Source: Candidatus Parcubacteria bacterium (GTDB lineage: Bacteria > Patescibacteriota > Minisyncoccia > UBA6257 > HR35). From it: a stretch of DNA of 64,000 bases. Location of the stretch: positions 395,547-459,546 of the forward strand of contig AP024681.1 in the NCBI GenBank assembly GCA_025999335.1, given 5' to 3'. Of the stretch, positions 55,601 to 64,000 are shown one piece after another. The position numbers and the translations under genes were made by a program. The notes under the pieces were generated by a model. It saw nothing but the letters and a program-made list of their open reading frames with translations. It made no database searches and had not been told where the DNA came from. Numbering within the stretch: the first letter of the stretch is position 1; every line of letters begins with the position of its first letter.

Positions 55601-55832
55601 CAAATCTGACGATATTGTTGGTCGTAATTTAGCTTATGAGCAAATTATTAAAGGAGAAAAAGTTGAAATAACTTATTATTCTACTATTTTTGAAGTATTA
55701 TTGAACGAATTGAAAGCTTTAGGTTTTAATGTAGAAATTCAATATTATCCTAAAGATAAAGATAAACCAACCTTACCTTTGGGTGAATTAGGTCAAACAA
55801 CTGAAATACCCCAAGAACAACATAATGAATAG
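52617..55832 (+). CDS. rpoB: DNA-directed RNA polymerase subunit beta
   Basis: 1071 aa. ...GTFIINGIERIIVNQLLRSPG..., ...HPSHYGRICPIQTPAEGQSVG..., ...NRHGNKGVIS..., ...GGQRLGEMEMWAL... Confidence 0.95.
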   Translation: MFASKNFSKFKYLEINDLLKDIKESFNNFLFLKFENIIKEYFPIYDYSEKELRLDFKGLELGSPKITEDEAKYYGINFDIPLRFNFVLHNLVTGDAKEQKIFFGDIPAMTKSGTFIINGIERIIVNQLLRSPGIYFSYLMYGDAKKFGAKVMPHQGAWLEFQTEATDIIQVRIDRHKKVPVTILLKAFGFESNDEILNFFGNDNFIVNTLKKDNTLNREEALLEIHRKLKPFEPNTYDNALFYFENTFLNPARYNLSPIGRYHVNRRLNNDSQSPCLERRDIELIIKEIIRLNNDQNAERDDIDALYNRRVRDVAELLENQTRIGLLRLKKDIQDRMSAVDKSQALLPSQVVYPRKFINSIIEFFNISPLSQILDQVNPLSSIEHKRKLTGGGPGGLTKERATLEARDVHPSHYGRICPIQTPAEGQSVGISLSRALYARRNEYGFLETPYYKVVNGKISNEIVWLTADQEAKEIIASRFVNIDNKGNILDEEVEARVYGEPRLVSKDEVTLIDVSPFQIFSLATSLIPFVEHDDANRAQMGSKMQNQAVTLVKPDIPLVSTGLEEKTARESGLVIIAEHDGEVVYVDADCIILKCKTSKGYEKVVYNLRKFQRTSAFTCYNQKPIVRLGQKVKKGDVLTDGPAIKNGTLALGQNVLMAFLPWHGYNYEDAIIVSERLLKDDLFSSIYLEEFSVDVLDTRLGPEITTYDIPEVPENKLRNLDIDGYIQVGTYVKPGDILVGKITPKREVEITPEEKLLKAIFGEKAEEKKDSSLYLEPGKEGRVIKVKVLNRSKGEITEPGVLKRVFVEIAKLRKIQIGDKLANRHGNKGVISVILKEEDMPFLPDGRRLDIVLNTTGIISRMNIGQILEAHLGLAAHKLQYRAIVPPFSGFTADEVKAELRKANLPEDGKTILYDGLTGEPFNQRVTVGYMTIMKLVHMVEDKIHARSIGPYSLITQQPLGGRAQFGGQRLGEMEMWALAAHGATEILQEMLTIKSDDIVGRNLAYEQIIKGEKVEITYYSTIFEVLLNELKALGFNVEIQYYPKDKDKPTLPLGELGQTTEIPQEQHNE

Positions 55833-58800
55833 AAAAATTCCGACATCGGAAATAGAAAAATTAATATTAAAGATTGCTTCACCAGAAGAAATTTTAAGTT
55901 GGAGCAAAGGCGAAGTTTTGAGACCGGAAACTATTAATTATCGTACCGGTAAACCTGAAAGAGCCGGTCTTTTTTCAGAAGTTATTTTTGGTCCAATGAA
56001 AGATTTTGAATGCGCTTGTGGTAAGTATAAAAAACCTCAAATTAAGGGTATAACTTGCGAAAGATGTGGGGTGGAAATTATTCATTCTTCAGCGCGCCGA
56101 GAACGGATGGGACATATAACTTTAATTTCACCGGTAGCCCATATTTGGTTTTTAAAAGTTTATCCCTATCCTTTAAAAATATTTTTAGATATTCCTTTGC
56201 ATCAATTAGAAAAAGTAATTTATTATTCAGCTTATATAATTACTCGCGTTGATGAAAACGAGAAGAAAAAGCTATTGCAAGAAATAGAAAAAGAATATAA
56301 AGAAATGATTAGTCAATCAACCTCTAAAGAAGAAAAAAAACAAAAAAGCGCTATTTTTTCTCAAATCAAAGAAGAATTGAATTCTATTCAAGTTAAAAAA
56401 GTTCTCTCCGACGCTGAGTATTATTATTTATCTCGTAAATATCCTAATACTTTTGAGGTTGGTATTGGCGCTGAACCGATTAGAAGATTTTTAGAAGAAA
56501 TTGATTTAGAACAATTGAAAGCCGATACTTTAAAAAAGATTTCTAAAGCATCTTCGAAAGAAAAACAATATTTATTCCTGAAATTAAAATTTATTAACGC
56601 TTTTATAAAACATAACCGTAGACCGGAATGGATGATTTTGACTGTTTTACCGGTTATTCCTCCAGATTTAAGACCTATTGTTCAATTAGCTGGAGGTCAG
56701 TATACATCTTCTGATTTGAATGATTTGTATCGTCGTATTATCAATCGTAATAACCGCTTGCGCAAATTATTAGATTTAAAAACGCCGGAAATTATTTTTA
56801 GAAATGAAAAAAGAATGTTGCAAGACGCTGTTGATTCTTTGATTGATTTGAATATGAAAAAAGATAAAATTACCATTGGTAGAAAAGTGATTAAATCTTT
56901 AGCTGATATTTTAAAAGGTAAAGAAGGTAGATTTAGGCAAAATTTATTAGGAAAAAGAGTTGACTATTCAGGTAGATCGGTTATAGTTATAGGACCAGAA
57001 TTGCGTATTAATGAATGTGGTTTGCCTAAAAAAATAGCTTTTGAATTGTTTAAACCTTTTGTTATTCACGAACTTTTGAAAGCGGAGAAAGCTCAAACAA
57101 CTAAACACGCCAAACATTTGATTGAAATCCAAGATCCTGAAGCTGTTGCCGCTCTTGAGAAGGCTGTCCAAAATAAATATGTTCTTTTAAACAGAGCGCC
57201 TACTTTGCATAAATTAGGTATTTTATCATTCAAACCTATTTTAATTGAAGGTTTGGCGATTCGCATTCCACCATTAGTTTGTGAAGGGTATAACGCTGAT
57301 TTTGATGGTGATCAAATGGGTGTCTTTTTGTTATTGTCAGAAGAAGCACAAGAAGAAGCTCGCGAAATTCTTGACGCCGGAAAAAATTTATTAAGACCGG
57401 GCACTGGCGAACCAGTAGCAAAACCTCAACGTGATATTATAATAGGCCTTTATTATTTGACTTTAATCATAGAAGGCAGTAAAGGCGAGAATAAAAAAGT
57501 ATATGACGCTGAAGAAGCTTTATATTTATATTCTCAGGGTTACCTTGATTTACATGCCAAAATTTTTGTTAAACATTTGAAAGGCGAAAAAGATGTTGAG
57601 ACTTCGGTTGGTCGTATTATCTTTAATAATGTTTTGCCTTACGATTTTCCTTTTGTTAATCAAGTAATTAACAAAAAAGCTATCGGAAAAATTGTTTCTG
57701 ATATTTTAGCTCGTTATGATCTTGATAAAACGGCAATTGTTTTAGATTCATTAAAAGAATTAGGATTTAAATATGTTACTTTATCTGGATTAACTTTAGG
57801 TATTGACGATTTAGTTGAGCCAAGCAATCTTCAAGAGGTGATTAAGGAAAATTTACAAAAGCAAAAAGTTTTAGAAGAAGCTTATGACAATGGATGGATT
57901 AGCGAGCTTGAGAAGAAAAATCAATTAGCTGAAATTTGGAATTTAGCCCGACACGAATTAGATAAAAATGTTCAATTATTAACCAAGCCAACAGATAATA
58001 CAAGGTTAATGATTGATTCCGGCGGTAGAGGCTCTATTGGTCAATTATCACAAATGGTTGCGATTAAAGGTTTGGTTTCTAATCCTAAAGGTGAAATTAT
58101 TGATTTACCAATTTTGTCTTCTTTCAAAAAAGGTTTAACGCCAGCTGAATATTTTATTAGTACCCATGGCGCTCGCAAGGGTGTTGCTGATAAGGCTTTG
58201 AAAACACCTAAATCTGGATACTTAACAAGACGTTTAGTAGACGCTCTTCATGATGTGATTATTCGTATTAATGATTGTGGTGATAATGATGGATTGATTA
58301 TTGATAAAGAAGAATTGAAAAACGCTGGCGATGAATTCAAGGATCAAATTTATTCACGTATTTCTCTAGAAACTGTTAAAGATCAAAATGGCAATATTTT
58401 AGTTAACGAAGGAGATATTATTACTAAAGAGATAGCAGCAAAAATAGATAAAGCTGGCGTAACAAGGATTAAAGTAAGATCACCTTTTAGTTGTAAAGCT
58501 TTATACGGACTTTGCCAAAAGTGTTTTGGTTTAGATTTATCGAATGATAAATTAATTAAACTTGGCGAGGCAGTTGGTATTGTCGCTGCTCAATCAATAG
58601 GTGAGCCTGGCACTCAATTAACGATGCGAACTTTTCACTACGGCGGTGTTGTTGGCGCTATGGACATTACCACCGGTCTTTTAAGAGTAGAAGAAGTTTT
58701 AGAAGTTAGAACGCCTAAAAGTGAAGCCATTTTAAGTCCGGTCAAGGGTAAGGTAAAAGCCATAGAAGAAGCAGCTAAGTTTTTTGTTGTTTCTATTAAA

Positions 58801-59421
58801 ACAAAAAATAATAAAATTATAAATTTGAAAATTTCTAAAAAGTTTAAACTATTAGTTAAAAAAGGAGATGCAGTTGTTAAAGGACAAGTTTTAAATGAAG
58901 GTATTGAAGATCCTAAAAAAATTTACAGGACAAGAGGTAAAATGGCTGCTTTTCAATATATGTTAAGTGAAGTTAAGCGTATTTATAATGAACAAGGAGC
59001 TTCAATTCATAACAAATATCTTGAGATTGTTATTAAAAAGATGTTTTCTCGGGTAAGGATAACTGATCCAGGAGATAGCGAATTTATTATTAACGAAGTT
59101 GTAGAAAAAGATATGTTTTGGGAAGAGAATTTAAAGTTAAAACGAATGGGTAAAAAACCAGCAAAAGGAATTTTAATGTTAATGGGTATTAAGAATATAG
59201 CTTCCAGCATCTATAGTTTTCTATCAGCTGCTTCTTTTCAAGAAACTTCTCGCGCTTTAGTAAGAGCAGCTTTAGAATGTCGCGAAGATACTTTACGAGG
59301 TGTTAAGGAAAATTTTATTATTGGTCGTAAACCAACAATAGGTAATGAATTTAGAAAATGGCTCAAAAAAAAGGATCAGGTACAGTTAAGTCAGGAAGGG
59401 ATTCTATCAGCAAAAGATTAG
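55825..59421 (+). CDS. rpoC: DNA-directed RNA polymerase subunit beta'
   Basis: 1198 aa. Zn finger ...CACGKYK...CERCGVE..., ...NADFDGDQM..., and trigger-loop region. Confidence 0.95.
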   Translation: MNRKIPTSEIEKLILKIASPEEILSWSKGEVLRPETINYRTGKPERAGLFSEVIFGPMKDFECACGKYKKPQIKGITCERCGVEIIHSSARRERMGHITLISPVAHIWFLKVYPYPLKIFLDIPLHQLEKVIYYSAYIITRVDENEKKKLLQEIEKEYKEMISQSTSKEEKKQKSAIFSQIKEELNSIQVKKVLSDAEYYYLSRKYPNTFEVGIGAEPIRRFLEEIDLEQLKADTLKKISKASSKEKQYLFLKLKFINAFIKHNRRPEWMILTVLPVIPPDLRPIVQLAGGQYTSSDLNDLYRRIINRNNRLRKLLDLKTPEIIFRNEKRMLQDAVDSLIDLNMKKDKITIGRKVIKSLADILKGKEGRFRQNLLGKRVDYSGRSVIVIGPELRINECGLPKKIAFELFKPFVIHELLKAEKAQTTKHAKHLIEIQDPEAVAALEKAVQNKYVLLNRAPTLHKLGILSFKPILIEGLAIRIPPLVCEGYNADFDGDQMGVFLLLSEEAQEEAREILDAGKNLLRPGTGEPVAKPQRDIIIGLYYLTLIIEGSKGENKKVYDAEEALYLYSQGYLDLHAKIFVKHLKGEKDVETSVGRIIFNNVLPYDFPFVNQVINKKAIGKIVSDILARYDLDKTAIVLDSLKELGFKYVTLSGLTLGIDDLVEPSNLQEVIKENLQKQKVLEEAYDNGWISELEKKNQLAEIWNLARHELDKNVQLLTKPTDNTRLMIDSGGRGSIGQLSQMVAIKGLVSNPKGEIIDLPILSSFKKGLTPAEYFISTHGARKGVADKALKTPKSGYLTRRLVDALHDVIIRINDCGDNDGLIIDKEELKNAGDEFKDQIYSRISLETVKDQNGNILVNEGDIITKEIAAKIDKAGVTRIKVRSPFSCKALYGLCQKCFGLDLSNDKLIKLGEAVGIVAAQSIGEPGTQLTMRTFHYGGVVGAMDITTGLLRVEEVLEVRTPKSEAILSPVKGKVKAIEEAAKFFVVSIKTKNNKIINLKISKKFKLLVKKGDAVVKGQVLNEGIEDPKKIYRTRGKMAAFQYMLSEVKRIYNEQGASIHNKYLEIVIKKMFSRVRITDPGDSEFIINEVVEKDMFWEENLKLKRMGKKPAKGILMLMGIKNIASSIYSFLSAASFQETSRALVRAALECREDTLRGVKENFIIGRKPTIGNEFRKWLKKKDQVQLSQEGILSAKD

Positions 59422-59639
59422 GAGTAAAAATTTTTGGAGGACAAAAAGTTTATGCTGGTAATATTATTGTTAGACAAAGAGGCACAAAATTTTTACCGGG
59501 TCTTAATGTTAAAAAGGGAAGTGATGATACTTTATATGCTTTGAAAGATGGGATTGTTCGTTTTAAGACTTTGAGAAAAAAAACTTTTTCCGGTAGGAAA
59601 ATATGGAAAAAGCGAGTTGATGTTATTGAAAACAATTAA
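59358..59639 (+). CDS. rpmA: 50S ribosomal protein L27
   Basis: 93 aa. [29 protein letters not shown]... Start overlaps the 3' end of rpoC by 64 nt in a different frame. Confidence 0.9.
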   Translation: MAQKKGSGTVKSGRDSISKRLGVKIFGGQKVYAGNIIVRQRGTKFLPGLNVKKGSDDTLYALKDGIVRFKTLRKKTFSGRKIWKKRVDVIENN

Positions 59640-59650
59640 AATATAGCTAG

Positions 59651-59721
59651 TGGACCTAGCCGGAATCGAACCGGCATCTTCGCTTTGCGATAGCGATGCT
59701 TTGCCATTAAGCTATAGGCCC
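59651..59721 (-). tRNA. tRNA-Ala (anticodon CGC) with G3:U70
   Basis: Minus-strand fold: acceptor GGGCCTA/TAGGTCC (G3-T70 wobble), D arm GCTT-AATGGCA-AAGC, anticodon stem TCGCT/AGCGA with loop ATCGCAA, T arm GCCGG-TTCGATT-CCGGC, discriminator A. CCA not encoded. Confidence 0.75.
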
Positions 59722-60962
59722 CTTATGATAGTATTATACCATTTATGATACGGCAAGGGAAATTTTGAGCATAATTGTTGTGTTGTTTTTTTGATTATTT
59801 TTGGATTTATTTTTTTAATAAGAAGTTTATAAATTAATTCAGCAATTATTTCCATTTCTTTTTCTTCCATACCTCTAGCAGTAACCGCTGGCGTTCCTAA
59901 TCTTATGCCTGAAGGATTAAAAGGCGAAATATCATTAGGCAAAGCATTTCTATTAGCTATGATGCCGCTTAATTCTAAAATTTTTTCTGCTTTTTTACCA
60001 TCAATTTTTAATGGCTTGAGATCAATAATCATTAAATGATTCTCGGTACCTCCGCTATATAATCTGAATCCTCTATTGATTAACGATAAAGACAATTGTT
60101 TAGCATTTTTAATTATTTGTTTTTGATAGTTAAGAAATTGTTTTGTTGTCGCTTTTTTAAAAGTATAAGCTATAGCGGCAATTGTTTGCATATGCGGACC
60201 GCCTTGTAAGCCAGGGAATACAGAACGATTAATTTGTTTTTCTAAATCTTTTTTCATAAATATTACTGCACCGCGTGGGCCTTGAAGAGTTTTATGAGTA
60301 GTGGTAGTAACAATATCAGCATAGTGGAATGGTGAAGGATGAAGGTTAGCAATGATTAAGCCGGCAATATGAGAAATATCAGCTAGATGATAAGCTTTGA
60401 TTTTTTTAGCAATTTTAGATATTTGCGAAAAATCAATAATGCGAGGATAGGCAGTTGTGCCGGAAATAATCAGTCGTGGTTTAAATTCATAAGCTAATTT
60501 TGCTATTTCGTTATAATCTATCTTTTCTGTTTGCAGGTTAAGACAATATTGTTTTGTTGTAAACAATTTGCCGCTGTGATTGGCTTGATGTCCGTGAGTT
60601 AAGTGACCACCGTGGAATAAGTTTAATCCCATTATTTTATCTCCTACGTTAAGCAACCCTAAATAAGCAGCTAAATTAGCAGGCGATCCTGAATATGGTT
60701 GGACATTTACTGACCATTGGCGTGAATCAAGTTTAAAAGCTCGCAGAGCTCTTTTTATGCTAAGCATTTCTATTTTATCCATCAAAGCAGTACCCGGATA
60801 GTATCTTTTTTGAGGATAGCCTTCGGAATATTTATTCATCAATGGCGAACCAACAATAAATAGAGTTTCTAAATCAGCATAATTTTCAGAAGGTATTAAA
60901 TTAATAGAATTTTGTTGCCTTTGTAATTCTTTTAAAATAATTCGCCAAAGTTGTTTATCCAT
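59712..60962 (-). CDS. glyA: serine hydroxymethyltransferase
   Basis: 416 aa. ...NLIPSENYADLETLFIVGSPLMNKYSEGYPQKRYY... and PLP-lysine region ...TTTTHKTLQGPRGA... The last three codons overlap the tRNA-Ala 5' end. Confidence 0.9.
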   Translation of the reverse strand: MDKQLWRIILKELQRQQNSINLIPSENYADLETLFIVGSPLMNKYSEGYPQKRYYPGTALMDKIEMLSIKRALRAFKLDSRQWSVNVQPYSGSPANLAAYLGLLNVGDKIMGLNLFHGGHLTHGHQANHSGKLFTTKQYCLNLQTEKIDYNEIAKLAYEFKPRLIISGTTAYPRIIDFSQISKIAKKIKAYHLADISHIAGLIIANLHPSPFHYADIVTTTTHKTLQGPRGAVIFMKKDLEKQINRSVFPGLQGGPHMQTIAAIAYTFKKATTKQFLNYQKQIIKNAKQLSLSLINRGFRLYSGGTENHLMIIDLKPLKIDGKKAEKILELSGIIANRNALPNDISPFNPSGIRLGTPAVTARGMEEKEMEIIAELIYKLLIKKINPKIIKKTTQQLCSKFPLPYHKWYNTIIRGL

Positions 60963-61953
60963 TTTGGTTTTTATTTTTTGTTAAATAACTATCTAAACTT
61001 AAATATCCTCCGCCAGTTACAAAGAGAATTGATAAAGCGCAAAATAAGGTTATGTGAGAATAAACTTCTTCTTGAAAATAAAAGAAAGAAAGTGTTAAGA
61101 TTACAAAAGTTACAGTTACGATAACTCTTGTATGCAATCCTAGAATAATTAATAAACCAGCAATCAATTCAATTAAACCAGCAACCAGGACCCATGTTTC
61201 TTTGTTTACAGGTATCAAAGCTGTCAAATTGTATTTTTCAACAACTAAACTAGCAACATAAGGATTAAGTATTTTTTCATATAAACCTAAAAAGATTAAA
61301 GCACCGCCTAAAGATATTCTTAAAATCAAAGGTAAAAATTTTTCTATGTTTATTTTTAAAGGCCATATTTTTATGTTCAGCAAATCTTCTAAGCCGGGAG
61401 TTGAGTTTTTTGATAATAATAAGACAATTAACATTCCCAAAATTTCCAAATTGCCAAGAGTATAAAAATTTTTGCTTAGAGCAATAAAATAAAGCACGAT
61501 AGACATAGCAGTCGCTATGAAAATAGGAAAACCAATTAATAAAGCAAAACCTAAAAGAATTTGAACAAATGAAAAACTATTTTCCATCGGTAAAGCAGGA
61601 CTTAGTAAGACATTATTTATGCCTGAACCAATGAGACTAATGCCAATGCTTAACCTTAACATCCAAGGGAATAAATTGCTATATTCTTTTTGTTTGTTAA
61701 GGATATTATTATAAATATTTTTAACAAAAGTTGTTCGTTTAAATCCTATGTATATTATTGCTATAATAATAATTACTGATATTGCAATAAGGATATTGTA
61801 AAAATTAAGAGCTGGCAAGAAAAAATTTATATCATAGCCGCTGTGTTTGCTAAAATTTTCTTGGTCAACAACATATTTTACATGGGCAGTGGTAATTACT
61901 ATGGGTATAATAATATAAAAAAACAGTGCTAATTTAAAAATTAAATTCTGCAT
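60955..61953 (-). CDS. polytopic membrane protein, possibly tandem DoxX-like
   Basis: 332 aa, about 8 hydrophobic helices. ...LRISLGGALIFLGLYEKILNP... resembles DoxX-family helices. Confidence 0.3.
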   Translation of the reverse strand: MQNLIFKLALFFYIIIPIVITTAHVKYVVDQENFSKHSGYDINFFLPALNFYNILIAISVIIIIAIIYIGFKRTTFVKNIYNNILNKQKEYSNLFPWMLRLSIGISLIGSGINNVLLSPALPMENSFSFVQILLGFALLIGFPIFIATAMSIVLYFIALSKNFYTLGNLEILGMLIVLLLSKNSTPGLEDLLNIKIWPLKINIEKFLPLILRISLGGALIFLGLYEKILNPYVASLVVEKYNLTALIPVNKETWVLVAGLIELIAGLLIILGLHTRVIVTVTFVILTLSFFYFQEEVYSHITLFCALSILFVTGGGYLSLDSYLTKNKNQNG

Positions 61954-61987
61954 ATAAAAATTATATCACGTATTTTAAGTTATTATA

Positions 61988-63430
61988 ATGACATTTATCA
62001 AGCAAAAAGATTTAGTAAAAATTTCAGATTATATTTGGGAAATTCCAAAAAGTTTTCGTAAAGATATGAAAGTTCCAGCGAGAATTTTTGCTTCTAAAAA
62101 AATGTTGGCAGAACTACTTGATGAAGAGAGTACAAGTATTTGGCAGCTTGTTAATTTAACAACTTTACCGGGTGTTTATAAGTATTCTTTAGCAATGCCG
62201 GATATTCATTCTGGTTACGGTTCGCCTGTTGGCGGCGTTGTTGCTTTTTTAAAAGAAGAGGGAATTGTTTCGCCGGGAATTTGTGGCTATGATGTGAACT
62301 GCGGCGTTCGTCTTTTGGTTTCTCCTTTTTATTATGAAGAAATTAAAGAAAAAATTCCAAAATTGACTGAACAAATTTACAAAGAAGTACCTTCGGGGGT
62401 TGGCGAAGGCGGCTTTTGGAGATTAAATAATGACGAAATGAATAAAGTTTTATCTGAAGGATCTAAATGGCTTTATGAAATTGGTTATGCTGAAAAAGAC
62501 GATTTAGAAGCAACTGAAAGTTATGGAAAATTTGAAAACGCTGATCCTAATAAGGTTTCGAAAACAGCTAAAGATAGAGGCAGAGATCAATTAGGGACAA
62601 TTGGTGCTGGTAATCATTTTGTTGAAATTCAAAAAGTTGCTGAAATTTTTGATGAAAAGATCGCGAAAAAATTAGGCTTGGAGAAAAATAAGATAACAAT
62701 TATGATACACTGTGGTAGTCGCGGACTTGGTCATCAGGTTGCGACTGATTATATAAGAGAAGCTTTAACATATTTATATAGGAGAAATATTGACCTTGTT
62801 GATCGTGAATTAGCTTATTTTCCTTATGAAACTGAAAAAGGGCAGGATTATTTTTCAGCAATGAAAGCAGCAGCCAATTTTGCTTTTGCTAATCGCCAGC
62901 TTATTGTTTATGAAATTAGAAAAGCATTTAAAAAAGTTTTTAGCAAAGATGTTGACTTAAAGCAAGTTTATGATGTTGCTCATAATATTATTAAAGAAGA
63001 AACTTATGATGGTAAAAGATTGTTAGTTCATCGCAAAGGTGCTACGAGAGCATTTCCAAAAGATAATCCCGAACTTCCTCAAAAATATCAAGAATTTGGC
63101 CAACCAACTTTAATTCCTGGTTCAATGGGAACATCAAGCTATATTTTAATTGGGCAACCTTTAGCTATGGATATTTCTTTTGGTTCTTCTCCTCATGGCG
63201 CTGGCAGAATGATGTCGAGGACAGAGGCAAAAAAGAAAATTAAAGGCAGTGAACTTAAAAAAGAATTGATAGAAAGAGGAATTTCCGTTGCTGCTGGAAG
63301 TATGCTTGGTTTAGCCGAAGAAGCGCCGGCAGCGTATAAAGATGTTATGCAAGTAGTTGAAGTTGTATGTAATATTGGCATTGCGAAAAAATTAGCACAA
63401 TTATTGCCACTTGGAGTTATTAAAGGTTAA
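61988..63430 (+). CDS. rtcB: RNA-splicing ligase RtcB
   Basis: 480 aa. ...MPDIHSGYGSPVGGV..., ...GAGNHFVEIQ..., ...HRKGATRAF..., ...IPGSMGTSSYIL..., ...SSPHGAGR... Confidence 0.9.
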   Translation: MTFIKQKDLVKISDYIWEIPKSFRKDMKVPARIFASKKMLAELLDEESTSIWQLVNLTTLPGVYKYSLAMPDIHSGYGSPVGGVVAFLKEEGIVSPGICGYDVNCGVRLLVSPFYYEEIKEKIPKLTEQIYKEVPSGVGEGGFWRLNNDEMNKVLSEGSKWLYEIGYAEKDDLEATESYGKFENADPNKVSKTAKDRGRDQLGTIGAGNHFVEIQKVAEIFDEKIAKKLGLEKNKITIMIHCGSRGLGHQVATDYIREALTYLYRRNIDLVDRELAYFPYETEKGQDYFSAMKAAANFAFANRQLIVYEIRKAFKKVFSKDVDLKQVYDVAHNIIKEETYDGKRLLVHRKGATRAFPKDNPELPQKYQEFGQPTLIPGSMGTSSYILIGQPLAMDISFGSSPHGAGRMMSRTEAKKKIKGSELKKELIERGISVAAGSMLGLAEEAPAAYKDVMQVVEVVCNIGIAKKLAQLLPLGVIKG

Positions 63431-64000
63431 GCGTTGCGAGGGAATTTTCTATAAAATATTTGTTTGGTAATTTCCATTAAGCCTAAACATACTAAAACAA
63501 TAATAAACATTTTTTTTATTAAGTCTTTGCCTAAAGGAGTGAATTGAAATATATCACGAAAGGGAGATAAATAAACAATAACGAAAGTCAGTATAATGGA
63601 GGCAAGAATAGTAATCACAAATAATCTTGACGGTTTGTCTTTAATAAACCAGTCTTTGGTGCGTACCGTAAAACATAAAATTATTCCTAAAATAGTCGTA
63701 GTCATAAAAATAAATGTTCTAATTACAGCAATATCTTGATCTTTTACAATTAAATACGCCGTGATATTAGCTAACATAGTTATAAAAGAAAGAATAATAA
63801 TAAATATAAAAAAGCCAATTTTATAATTGCTAATGCTTTTTTTAATTTCTGTTGTTTTAACTTTATCATTTGCAAAAGATATAATCGGTATATCAGTTAT
63901 AGCATTGGTTAATAAAATTTGCACAGGCGTTAAAGGAGTAAAATTAATGAAATTACTTAAAATTGATAAAGCAAACACATTTCCAAGATTGCCTACTAAA
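63427..64000 (-). CDS. C-terminal membrane part of a P-type cation-transporting ATPase. The 5' end runs off the window.
   Basis: ...FTPLTPVQILLTNAITDIPIISFANDK... matches the P-type ATPase M5/M6 region (PL..QILW.NL.TD..PALALG). Further transmembrane helices follow. No start codon inside the window. Confidence 0.5.
   Translation of the reverse strand, partial: LVGNLGNVFALSILSNFINFTPLTPVQILLTNAITDIPIISFANDKVKTTEIKKSISNYKIGFFIFIIILSFITMLANITAYLIVKDQDIAVIRTFIFMTTTILGIILCFTVRTKDWFIKDKPSRLFVITILASIILTFVIVYLSPFRDIFQFTPLGKDLIKKMFIIVLVCLGLMEITKQIFYRKFPRNA

Noticed and set aside
1-64000. CRISPR arrays, rRNA genes, transposases/IS elements, reverse transcriptases (DGR/retron), restriction-modification genes
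   Set aside because: A scan found none of the following: no regularly spaced direct repeats with unique spacers, no rRNA-like GC-rich blocks, no DDE/HUH or RT motifs (YxDD) in any ORF. The only repeats are the intragenic ones inside the surface-protein genes.

Overview
AT-rich (~30% GC) bacterial window, compactly packed with short genes. A CPR/Patescibacteria-type genome is a reasonable guess. Standard genetic code 11 is in use: conserved genes such as tuf and rpoBC contain no in-frame TGA. Translation and transcription genes dominate. rplJ-rplL sit at the left edge. rpsO-pnp, infC-rpmI, lepA, dtd, thrS and recG are in the middle. A long tuf-S10-spc block runs from rpsJ to rplO, secY and adk, followed by rpoB-rpoC-rpmA, glyA and rtcB. 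rpmD (L30) is absent between rpsE and rplO, and rplT is absent after rpmI. Three tRNAs were folded by hand: Arg-TCG, Ser-TGA and Ala-CGC. Three things stand out. (1) A ~6.9 kb cassette of three secreted or membrane repeat proteins has its own promoter and is inserted inside the S10 ribosomal operon between rplW (L23) and rplB (L2). It includes a 1281-aa tail-fibre-like repeat protein carrying near-identical in-frame intragenic DNA repeats. (2) A minus-strand cell-envelope cluster contains a FemAB-family peptidyltransferase, a DegT-family aminotransferase, a MurF-like Mur ligase fused to an N-terminal polytopic membrane domain, and an alpha/beta hydrolase. A self-contained ~75-nt GC-rich transcript (promoter, C-rich body, perfect terminator) is embedded in its largest intergenic gap. 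(3) A small degenerate island lies downstream of tRNA-Ser. It holds fragmentary ORFs, a kinase-like protein and a membrane bPH + AlbA_2 (Schlafen-like) protein. Smaller oddities: a NYN-domain gene coupled between rpsO and pnp; a LOG-like gene where rplT should be; the rpoC/rpmA overlap; and zinc-ribbon or extension variants of L24, L23 and L22. No CRISPR array, rRNA, transposase or reverse transcriptase was recognised.
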